Source of the DNA: Candidatus Epulonipiscium fishelsonii
GTDB taxonomy: Bacteria; Bacillota; Clostridia; Lachnospirales; Cellulosilyticaceae
Direction of reading: 5' to 3'
Length of the DNA: 51,626 bases
NCBI GenBank assembly: GCA_001983475.1
Contig: LJHD01000038.1
Coordinates: 1-51,626 of the forward strand
The translations under genes were made by a program, and so were the position numbers. This document shows positions 9,235 through 18,300 of the stretch, piece by piece. A model generated the notes under the pieces. That model searched no databases and was not told the origin of the DNA. It saw only the letters and a program-made list of their open reading frames with translations. Within the stretch, counting starts at the first letter, position 1, and each line of letters begins with the position of its first letter.

Positions 9235-10410
9235 TTACATATCATTAAGTATATCATCAATATTTAAGGCTTGTTCTGTTGTAATTGATTGTTTTCGAGA
9301 TGAAAATTCAGTTAAAACATCTTGTTGCATTGATTTTGTAGAATCAAATACAATTTTTACAACTTGATCTGTTGAAAGAAGCTCCACGTCTTCAACATTT
9401 TGAAGATAAATTTGATTGGTTAAATCTTTTACTTCAAAAGCTATGTCTAAGATTTCTTTTGTGTTTGGTAAGATATTTTTATTTAATTGTTTAATAAGCA
9501 CTGGAAACACTAATGCTGGATTTGAAGTTTTTTCAAGGCTTATAATTAAATCTTGTACAACTGTAACAAGTTCCACATACTTGTCAAAAAATTGTTGTGT
9601 GCCTTTAAAAATTGGTTCCATTATTTCATCTCCAGACGCAATTGTTCCATATGTGTTGTCAAACTCACCAGCTATTTGTATCACATTATTTTTTAAAGGT
9701 TCAAAATCATAGTTTTTAATATTGCTTAAATTTTTTAAAGGTTCAATTAGCGGACGTAAACTATCAATAATATATACTTCCATTTGATGAGCACATCTTT
9801 TTTGTTCCTTTAAAATAGGGTCTTGTTCTTTCATATAATATACATATCCATCCAGAAAGTAATTATCAACTAAATATTTAGCAATATTATATTTCGATGA
9901 ATCATCTTCTTTAAATAATGATTCTAAGTTTTCAACTTCTAAAGTTTGCTCTTCTATAACTAAACTATCATTTTCCACTAGCTCTGAATTATTTTCTATT
10001 ACTTCTACATCTGATTTTTGTATCTCTACATTTTGCGGTCTTATTGGTGATGATTCAAAAATAATCTCTGCTTCTGCAGAAGATGCATTTGGTTCTACTT
10101 TAGCAATCTCTTGCTCTATGTCTTCTATTTTAGCAATCTCTTCCTCTGCATCCTCTGTTTGAATATCAGTCTCTTGCTTCAATTCCACGTCTTCTGTCTG
10201 AATATCAATTTCTTCTTGCTCCAAAGCAACTTGTATTTCTTGCTCAATTTCATACATTTTTTGTTCAACTTGTTGTTTTATAAGTGCATCCACAATGGTT
10301 TGCTCTCTTAAATTCACTTGATCAACCATATGCTTTATGGATGAACCTGCAATTTCAAGAGATACAATTGTCACTATTAATAAAATTCCAAGTTTTAATA
10401 TGTTTATCAA
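9235..10410 (-). CDS. Membrane-anchored hypothetical protein with an acidic E/Q/I-rich repeat region
   Basis: N-terminal TM helix (LGILLIVTIVSLEIAG), then EQEIQVALEQEEIDIQTEDVELKQETDIQTEDAEEEIAKIEDIEQEIAKVE. Apparent TTG start behind GGGGGA. Confidence 0.5.
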   Translation of the reverse strand: MINILKLGILLIVTIVSLEIAGSSIKHMVDQVNLREQTIVDALIKQQVEQKMYEIEQEIQVALEQEEIDIQTEDVELKQETDIQTEDAEEEIAKIEDIEQEIAKVEPNASSAEAEIIFESSPIRPQNVEIQKSDVEVIENNSELVENDSLVIEEQTLEVENLESLFKEDDSSKYNIAKYLVDNYFLDGYVYYMKEQDPILKEQKRCAHQMEVYIIDSLRPLIEPLKNLSNIKNYDFEPLKNNVIQIAGEFDNTYGTIASGDEIMEPIFKGTQQFFDKYVELVTVVQDLIISLEKTSNPALVFPVLIKQLNKNILPNTKEILDIAFEVKDLTNQIYLQNVEDVELLSTDQVVKIVFDSTKSMQQDVLTEFSSRKQSITTEQALNIDDILNDM

Positions 10411-10500
10411 AAAAGTCCCCCATTCTTATAAATTTTGTGTCTTTAATACTGTTTGATACTTATCAAAAAAATTTAACGCTAATTGAAAAACTACCTTCAA

Positions 10501-10580
10501 AATAGTAACCGGACTTATAAGTTTGAAGGTTTTATAACTTCACTCCTGCACCACGACATTCAAATTTAGTTATTACTATA
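10501..10580 (+). repeat. Family-G MITE-like element (about 75-80 bp)
   Basis: AATAGTAACCGGACTTATAAGTTTGAAGG...CTCCTGCACC...TCAAATTTAGTTATTACTAT, with short terminal inverted repeats AATAGTA/TACTAT. Other copies at 41798-41878 (reverse), 42340-42402 and 47641-47714. Partial copies at 12749-12768, 5221-5265 and 51614-51626. Confidence 0.7.
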
Positions 10581-11313
10581 TCTTTTTATTTAATATAAAG
10601 TCTTTTTTCCGAACTAACATCAAACAAAGCTTGATCTGCCAAATTAATATAATTATAAAAATTATATTTTGTAATAACATAAATTCCAAAGGTCTTTTAT
10701 TTAATAGCAAGTTAATAACAATTCCAGCAAGTAACGTTACAAATAATGTTATAGCTTCTTTATTTGTTAATAACGCAATAAATATAGTTAATATTCCAAG
10801 AACTAAGTATATTATAAAAAGTGAAATTATTTCTAAACCTATAGTTATTATAGGAGAGTTAGCAAAACTTACTACACTTTGGCCATTCATTACCTGTATG
10901 TTAATAAAATCTGAACTCCAATTTTTACTGTAGTTAAACCCATCCAAACTTATTGAAAAGTTAATCCATATTAAAACTATAAAGTATACTATTGTGTAAA
11001 TTGCCAATGTAATCATTTTTTTTACTAACCATTTTGTACGTGTTTCACATTTAACAATTTCTATTCCACCAAAATTATCATCAAACATAATTCCACATAT
11101 TAAAAACAGATACAATGGCAAGTATATATATGTTATATTGGTTTGATCTTTTAAAATAAGATATAAATTTTCTAAGGCCGAAAAAGTAATTGAAGTTGTA
11201 TCTGCTATTTGAATAAATTTTGCAACACTCACAATTGCAACATATGCAATCGTTATAATAAATGTGCACCATCTTAACAAGTTAAAATGTTCCCAGATAT
11301 TATATTTTATCAT
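10576..11313 (-). CDS. Multi-pass membrane protein, probable ABC-2 type permease component
   Basis: About six predicted TM helices. Third gene after the ABC ATPase and another permease. Confidence 0.5.
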   Translation of the reverse strand: MIKYNIWEHFNLLRWCTFIITIAYVAIVSVAKFIQIADTTSITFSALENLYLILKDQTNITYIYLPLYLFLICGIMFDDNFGGIEIVKCETRTKWLVKKMITLAIYTIVYFIVLIWINFSISLDGFNYSKNWSSDFINIQVMNGQSVVSFANSPIITIGLEIISLFIIYLVLGILTIFIALLTNKEAITLFVTLLAGIVINLLLNKRPLEFMLLQNIIFIIILIWQIKLCLMLVRKKDFILNKKI

Positions 11314-11382
11314 TTTATCACCTCATATTCAATTATAGGAAAAATATTATCAATTTCCTATTAACATCAAGCAAAAGTATTT

Positions 11383-12093
11383 CTATTTTAATATACTATA
11401 TAAATTATACAATACTCCATAAACCATCCCTAATATACCAAATCCAATCAAAATTACAAATTGTATTATAATAGCTGCTATATCAGTTTGATGAACTAAA
11501 AGCCAAGGAGCATACGATAAAGGCGGATAAAATTTGTCCAAATTTAAATATGGCAAAGAATAAGTTAGAAGTAAATATACTACTTGTGGAGCAACATTGG
11601 GTATATATCTTTTATTATTAAAAAATGTTAAGCCATAAGCAGCTGTTGCATAGCTCAGCCCAAATCCAAAATCTAGACATATGACCTTTATTATTTCATT
11701 TACTTGTACATAAGGCGAAATAAATCTACACACTACTAATAAAATAAGCAAAGGAAAAGTTAAAGTAATTCCACCAACAACTCCATTGCTTATAAATCTC
11801 ATAACCACATATTTAGTATATCCAGTTCGATATACTATCAATTTCCTATAACCACTATCTTGTTCTAACATATTCATGCTACTATAAGGCAAGCAAACTA
11901 AAAGTGGTGCAACAAACGGAATAATTAATGATTGTATTGTGATAAAGGCTTCATCTGCAATATACATTTTATTTGTTGTAAAATAATATATTCCTGATAT
12001 TATCATAATACATAACAAAATCAAAATTGAATGAAAAAATGTTGGTTCAGTAAGTCCTCTTTTTATATCACTTAATACTTTTCTCATATACAA
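11383..12093 (-). CDS. Multi-pass membrane protein, probable ABC-2 type permease component
   Basis: Hydrophobic, about six TM helices. Overlaps the 3' end of the ATPase gene by 10 nt, suggesting translational coupling. Confidence 0.55.
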   Translation of the reverse strand: MYMRKVLSDIKRGLTEPTFFHSILILLCIMIISGIYYFTTNKMYIADEAFITIQSLIIPFVAPLLVCLPYSSMNMLEQDSGYRKLIVYRTGYTKYVVMRFISNGVVGGITLTFPLLILLVVCRFISPYVQVNEIIKVICLDFGFGLSYATAAYGLTFFNNKRYIPNVAPQVVYLLLTYSLPYLNLDKFYPPLSYAPWLLVHQTDIAAIIIQFVILIGFGILGMVYGVLYNLYSILK

Positions 12094-12725
12094 CTCTCGC
12101 TTATATTTCCAGATTTAATATAAAAAATTTTATCACACAAAGATACTATGTCATCTTTATTATGACTAGCTAAAAGAATGGTAACTTGTTTTTGCTTAAG
12201 TGAATTAAAAAATTCTCGCATTTTTAAAACGCTATCTTCATCCAAGCCATTCATTGGTTCATCTAAAATAAGTAGTTCTGGATCATTCATAATCGCTTGG
12301 GCAATTCCTAGTTTCTGTTTCATTCCCAAAGAATATGTACGTGTATGTTTTTTACTTTCAGGGTTAAGCCCAACAATAGACATACTTTCTTTTATTTTTT
12401 TAGTAGAAACTTTAAAACTAGATAGGCTATTTAAAATCTTTAAGTTTTTTAGACCGCTATAATGAGGTATAAATCCTGGTGTTTCAATAAGTATTCCCAT
12501 ATTCTGTGGAAATTGCTTTGTTTTTGTTAAATTAACTTTATTAATATAAATATTTCCCGTAGTAGGTAAAATGAGCCCAGACAGTAACTTAAAAATAACT
12601 GTTTTTCCAGATCCATTCCTCCCCACAAATCCGTATGTTTTTCCTTTATCAATTTCAAAGTCTATATTTTTTAAAACTTCTTCATTACTAAATTTTTTAC
12701 TTACATTTTCAAATTGAATATACAT
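12084..12725 (-). CDS. ABC transporter ATP-binding protein
   Basis: Walker A GRNGSGKT, signature YSLGMKQK and Walker B LILDEPMNGLD. RBS GGAGG. Confidence 0.85.
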   Translation of the reverse strand: MYIQFENVSKKFSNEEVLKNIDFEIDKGKTYGFVGRNGSGKTVIFKLLSGLILPTTGNIYINKVNLTKTKQFPQNMGILIETPGFIPHYSGLKNLKILNSLSSFKVSTKKIKESMSIVGLNPESKKHTRTYSLGMKQKLGIAQAIMNDPELLILDEPMNGLDEDSVLKMREFFNSLKQKQVTILLASHNKDDIVSLCDKIFYIKSGNISESCI

Positions 12726-12841
12726 TTTTCCTCCATAATTAACTTTATTAATTTTAGTTACTACTATATATATTTCCTTGTAAATCTTAAATTATGCCTA
12801 AAGTCCATTCACAGTTTCCAAAAATTTTTGTTTAAATAACG

Positions 12842-12886
12842 AAAAAATCTTCTGCTCTATTATTATATAATAAAGTAGAAGATTTT
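12842..12886 (-). terminator. Rho-independent terminator downstream of spo0A
   Basis: Minus-strand stem AAAATCTTCTAC / GCAGAAGATTTT, followed by a T-run. Confidence 0.55.
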
Positions 12887-12913
12887 TATACCAAATTTAT
12901 TTAACAATACATA

Positions 12914-13729
12914 TTATGATACTTGCATTTCTAATCTTAATTTGTCTGCAATTAACGCTATAAATTCACTATTTGTTGGTTTTCCTTTTCCGTTATTTAC
13001 AGTGTATCCAAATAGTTTATCTATTGTGTCCATCTTTCCTCGACTCCAAGCAACTTCAATTGCATGTCTAATCGCTCTTTCAACTCTACTTGGTGTGGTG
13101 TTATATTGTTTTGCAATAGAAGGATAAAGTTGTTTTGTAATAGAATTTAAAATATCCATATCATTTATTGCCATAATAATTGCATCTCTTAAATATTGAT
13201 ATCCTTTAATATGAGCTGGAACCCCAATTTCATGAATTACACTGGTAACTTCTGTTTCTAATGTATGTTTAGTCATTGGAGATTTATAATGTGTAAGAAT
13301 TGATTCATGATTTAATATATTTTGGCTGGGTGAAAGTCTTGAACTATTAAAGTCATTTTTCAAATGTCTTATACGCATTACTAAAGTTTCCATATCGAAA
13401 GGTTTAACAATATAATACTCTGCTCCCAAACTTAAAGCTTGTTCAGTAATTCTATCTTGACCAACTGCAGAAAGCATAATTACCATTGGTCTTTTTTCAA
13501 GATTTATTGTTTTTAATTTTTCTAATACAGCTATTCCATCTAAATGTGGCATAATCACATCTAAAATCATAACATCAGGTTGTTTTTCTAATATTAACTC
13601 TACAGCTTCTTTTCCGTTTGAGGCAATACCTACAACTTCCATATCACCTTGCTTATCAATAAACACCTTTAAAATATCTCTAAAATCTCTATTGTCATCT
13701 GCCAATCCTATCTTAATTTTTGACTCCAT
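12914..13729 (-). CDS. spo0A: Sporulation master response regulator Spo0A
   Basis: Receiver domain (DVIMPHLDG) plus the Spo0A-specific C-terminal domain with [18 protein letters not shown] and [19 protein letters not shown]. Confidence 0.95.
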   Translation of the reverse strand: MESKIKIGLADDNRDFRDILKVFIDKQGDMEVVGIASNGKEAVELILEKQPDVMILDVIMPHLDGIAVLEKLKTINLEKRPMVIMLSAVGQDRITEQALSLGAEYYIVKPFDMETLVMRIRHLKNDFNSSRLSPSQNILNHESILTHYKSPMTKHTLETEVTSVIHEIGVPAHIKGYQYLRDAIIMAINDMDILNSITKQLYPSIAKQYNTTPSRVERAIRHAIEVAWSRGKMDTIDKLFGYTVNNGKGKPTNSEFIALIADKLRLEMQVS

Positions 13730-13777
13730 TTAAATTCCCCCACAATCATTTTCAAATTTATTCCAAAATATAATATT

Positions 13778-13806
13778 ATTATACTTAATTTTCGGATAAA
13801 ACGCAA
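13778..13806 (-). promoter_or_regulatory. Putative sigma-A promoter of spo0A
   Basis: The minus strand reads TTGCGT-17 nt-TATAAT. The spacer contains ATCCGAA, a 5/7 match to the 0A box TGTCGAA. Confidence 0.35.
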
Positions 13807-13845
13807 TGTATTTTTTGTAACTTTTCTGTAAATTTACAATTGACT

Positions 13846-15081
13846 CTATTTTATATCAAGATTGATCATATTTTCTACAAATATTCCATATCCTTTTGTG
13901 GGGTCTTGAACAAACACATGACTTACTGCACCAATGAGTTTATCGTTTTGGATTATAGGACTTCCGCTCATTCCTTGAACAATTCCTTCGGTAAGATTTA
14001 ACAATTCTTGATCAACAATTTTAATAACCATTCCTTTAGAGGGCTCAGAAGTGTATTTTGCTACTTTTTGAATTTTAACTTTATACGAAGCGACACCATC
14101 TCCTTCTAAATCAGCTAAAATAAGGGCATCTCCTTCTTTAACTTCATTTTGGCAAGCAATGGGTATTGCTTCTTTTTTCATTTTATCTAAATCTTCCTTA
14201 TCAATCGTTCCAAAAATACCTCTTGCATTATTTTCTTCAATATCTCCAACATGTTCTCTTTCGTTAGTATTAATTACTCCACTAAGTTCTCCAGGGTCTC
14301 CAGCTTTTCCTTTTCTTATACTATCAATTTTAGCTGTCATAATACTACCTGTTGATATTGGAATAATTTTTTCAAATTCAGAATCTGTAATGCCATGTCC
14401 CAAAGCTCCAAAAGTGCTACTTTCTGGATCAATATATGTCAATGTTCCTAAACCTTGAATTGTATCCTTTATCCAAGCACCAATTTTATACGTGTTTTCT
14501 TCGTCACAATATCGGGGTAAAATTTTTGCCTCAATTGTCTTGTCATTACGCTTCACTTTTAAATTAATAAATTTTTCTTCATCTACTTCAATCACTTTTT
14601 TAAATTCTTCTTTTGAATTTATTTTTATTCCATTTACTTCTATAATTCGATCTCCTTTTTTTAAACTATCTTTACAAGGATTAACTTCCTTTCCATTTGA
14701 ATTAAAGCCACCTGTTCCAACAACACATATTCCTTCGGAATGCACTTCAATACCAATAATTTGTCCACCAGGGATAACTTCTTTGTATGGCATTGAAGAA
14801 ACAGCCACTGTTTTAAGGGGAATGCCTCCAAGAACAGACACCTCAAGTTCCGCTTTTCCTTCTTGTTCTAAAATTACAGACATCGGTTCCTTAATTTTTA
14901 TATTTTTTTTTGATGTTACCTGCACTGGCAAGGGTAAATTTAAATCTAAAGTTTGTTCTTCTCCAACTATAAGTTTAATCTCGTCTGGTACATTTGAATA
15001 GGATATCCCCAACAATCCAATTGGTAATATTATAATCATTAAGGTTAAGCAATACCAAAGAATTTTTACTAATTTCTGCAC
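13846..15081 (-). CDS. spoIVB: SpoIVB signalling serine peptidase (S55)
   Basis: N-terminal TM helix, PDZ-like region, GTLTYIDPESSTFGALGHGI and the catalytic-Ser region GMSGSPIIQNDKLIGAVSHV. Apparent GTG start. Confidence 0.9.
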   Translation of the reverse strand: MQKLVKILWYCLTLMIIILPIGLLGISYSNVPDEIKLIVGEEQTLDLNLPLPVQVTSKKNIKIKEPMSVILEQEGKAELEVSVLGGIPLKTVAVSSMPYKEVIPGGQIIGIEVHSEGICVVGTGGFNSNGKEVNPCKDSLKKGDRIIEVNGIKINSKEEFKKVIEVDEEKFINLKVKRNDKTIEAKILPRYCDEENTYKIGAWIKDTIQGLGTLTYIDPESSTFGALGHGITDSEFEKIIPISTGSIMTAKIDSIRKGKAGDPGELSGVINTNEREHVGDIEENNARGIFGTIDKEDLDKMKKEAIPIACQNEVKEGDALILADLEGDGVASYKVKIQKVAKYTSEPSKGMVIKIVDQELLNLTEGIVQGMSGSPIIQNDKLIGAVSHVFVQDPTKGYGIFVENMINLDIK

Positions 15082-15313
15082 ATAATCACATCCTGTCTAT
15101 TCTTTTAACTTGCTTATCTTTAAAGTTTCCTTTTTATATATTGTTTATGCAGTTTGAAAAGCGGTATTATTTACAAAAAAAATACCATATACCAAATTTG
15201 TTAAATGTTGACATACAGACTATAAACAAACCTCTACCAAATACCCCTTTAAACCCTCCATATTCAACTTTAGACATTTGGAGTATTACCGTTTTAATAT
15301 ATAACAACACAGC

Positions 15314-15354
15314 ATAAAAAAGCCCTCCTTATTAATTATTATAATGGAGGGCTT
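15314..15354 (-). terminator. Rho-independent terminator after the 1542-aa gene
   Basis: Minus-strand stem AAGCCCTCC / GGAGGGCTT, followed by TTTTTT. Confidence 0.7.
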
Positions 15355-15398
15355 AAACTATATAAAGTTAAATTTTTTCTTATTTCATATATTCCGTC

Positions 15399-18300
15399 TT
15401 ATTTTCCAGCCACTTCAAATTGTGGACCGTCATCTTCTTCCTCTTCTTCTTCTTCTACTTCAGGTTCCTCTTCTTCCTCTTCTTCTACTTCAGGTTCCTC
15501 TTCTTCCTCTTCTTCTACTTCAGGTTCTTCTTCTTCCTCTTCTTCTACTTCAGGTTCTTCTTCTTCCTCTTCTTCTACTTCAGGTTCCTCTTCTTCCTCT
15601 TCACGTTCTTCTTCTTCACGTTCTTGCTCTTCTCTTTCACGTTCCTCTTCTTCTTCTCTTTCACGTTCCTCTTCTTCTTCTCTTTCACGTTCTTCCTCTT
15701 CTTCTCTTTCACGTTCTTCCTCTTCTTCTCTTTCACGTTCTTCCTCTTCTTCTCTTTCGCGTTCTTCTTCAGACATCATTGAAATAGAAGGTATTGCAGG
15801 TACTTGCATATTCCATCCAGCATTTATTGATTGTGCACTTCTACCTTTTGTTCCAGCTTGAATAGCATTTTCAAAATCACCAATAGCACTTTCTAAAGCT
15901 ATTACCGCAGCATCTAACTCATCAGCAGTTTTATTTTTATCAGCTAAAACTTTTTTAGCATTACTAATAGCAGTACTCAATGCTGTAAAGGCACTGTCTG
16001 GAGCCCAATCATCACGTGGGTCAACATTTGCCCCATCTATACTTCTTATAATACCTCTTGTTGCGTCTCCTGCGTCATCAATTGCATCTTCTAAATCAGC
16101 TCTTGCTGCATCTACATCTTCTTTAGTTCCCTCTTGTGCTATGTCGTTAAATGCGGTTATTGCTGCCTCTAATGCAGATGTTTCAGCAATAATTGCCCCT
16201 GGTGTAACTGATTGTTCTTTATATAGATCATATGCTTTATCATAAGCCATATCTAAAGCCTTCAAAGGAGCTATTGATCCATCAGTAGTTGAATAAGGTA
16301 CCCATTTGTATCTGCTTGAAATATCTGTTCCACCATATCTACTTGTTTTTGTAGAAAGCAATGGTTTAACTAAATTTATTTGAGCTAACAAATCAACTTT
16401 TGCACTTACTGTCTCACCTTTTAATCCAGGTGCACATGCTGCTACAAATAAAGCTTGAGCACTTGTTAAAGAATCTTTAGAAGCTGTTAAGTCTGCTACT
16501 GTTGATTCTTCTTCTTCCCATACTTCCATTGCAACATCAAGTGAATCTTCAAATTTATCAAGATCTTTTGATGTACTCCATTGTAAAGACGCATCCACAT
16601 CTGTACCATTTACAGAGCTTTCTCTAAACGCAGTTGGAGCTATAAGAGCTTTTGAACTTGTAATCAAGGTACCTAAATCTGTATATAATTGGTCAAAGGT
16701 TTCTTTTGTTCCGTGACCGTTTCTGGTAGCAGCAGCGTTTATTGTTGCTGTCGCTGTAGCTAAAGTTGCTGTTGCTTTGGTTAAAGAAGCAGCATTTTTA
16801 GAGGAACTGATATATGCTTTTGCAGCTGTATCAATAGCTTTTTCATATGAACTAAATTGAGATGGTGTTACCCATAGGTTTGCCTCAACTACATCTGTTC
16901 CTGTTCCAAGTTCACTTTCGGAAATAATTGCAGATGGACTTGTAGCAGCACCAGTTCCCACTGTTTTAGATACATTAATTAATGCGTAAGCTGTATTAAC
17001 TGCTTCGCTTAATGCTGTTTCTGCAGGTATAAATGTTCCCAATCCCGCTTTTCTTACTGCTTCAAAATCTCTAAGTATTTCTTTTAGCTCTTCATTAGCT
17101 TCATCAATTTTTTCTTTTGTTGTTTTACCTTCTGCAGCCAAGTCTGCAACCGCTTGTGCTGCTTTGATTCCCGCTTCTAATTCTTCCATCATATCTTCAT
17201 CTACCCAGAATGCACCTGTTTCTACATCTTCACCTTTTAGTGCACTTACTGTAGTATAAGAACTTCCACTAGTAACATATGCTTGAGCTGAAGTAATAGT
17301 TGCAGTTATATCTGTAGTACCATCGCCTAGACCTAATTTAACTTTTGCAGTTTCTAGAATAACTACGTCTGTTGAAAGTGATCCATCAGTTGTTCCAAAA
17401 AACACTTTACTTGCTGCTTGTAATTCTTTTTCTGCATCTTTAATTTCATCTAGTTCTAATTTATATAATTTAGCTGTAGCTTCTTCTTTTTTAGCTGTAG
17501 CTACCGCAGATTTTACTTTACCTATATCAGATGAAAGTGCCCAATATTCAGCCTCTGCTACACCGACTCCACCCAAGGAATTCGCTGCAACACTAGTTAC
17601 ATTAGTTTCAATATTTTTTATTAATGTTGAAAAGCTTCCTGAAGTACTTACTAGTGCTTCAAATTCTGTTTGTTGCCCACTTGTTACTAATTTTTCAAAG
17701 GCAATTTTTTTAGTTGCTAATGTTGAAATTGCAGATTTTATTGATGTTAAATTTGCTTTAGGATTTGTATATACTTCAATTGCATCTTCAATTACATCGT
17801 TATAATCTTCAATATCATCTGGTTCTGCCCATTTTTTGGAATTTTCCACGTCAAATCCAAAGTGTTCATTTTCAAAATAAAGTTGAGTACCAGAAACTGT
17901 AGTTGCATAACTTCCTGTTGAAGTTATTTGTGGTCTTCCAATTGCATCTTTTTCAGCATTAATATTGTTAAGTAAAGTATCTTTGCTAGTTAAAAGCTCA
18001 CCTTTAGTAGTTGTTTCTTGAATGCCAAGTGTAAATGCTGATGTTGCTAAAGTTAAAGAATTTGTTGTTCTCTCTACAATAGCTTTGGTTGATGCTTTGT
18101 GATCTCTTACGTCTATAGCATCTTCGATTGCTTTTTTATAACTATCCATAGTGAATTTAGTTACCCATTCTATATTTGTATCAAGTTCAGCTCCATTTAC
18201 ACTTACTACTACAGAAGTGGTAGAATCAGTAGCTGCAACTATTTGATCATGTAAAACTTTTTTTATATTACTTATTGGTTCAGCGCTAATAGTTGTAAAG

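Noticed and set aside
15344-15787. Plus-strand ORFs rich in L/F (15344-15787, 15420-15782, 20489-21019) and the K/N-rich ORF 20614-20949
   Set aside because: They are mirror-strand or alternative-frame readings of the GAA/GAG-rich coding repeats of the giant genes. They have no RBS and consist entirely of low-complexity sequence.
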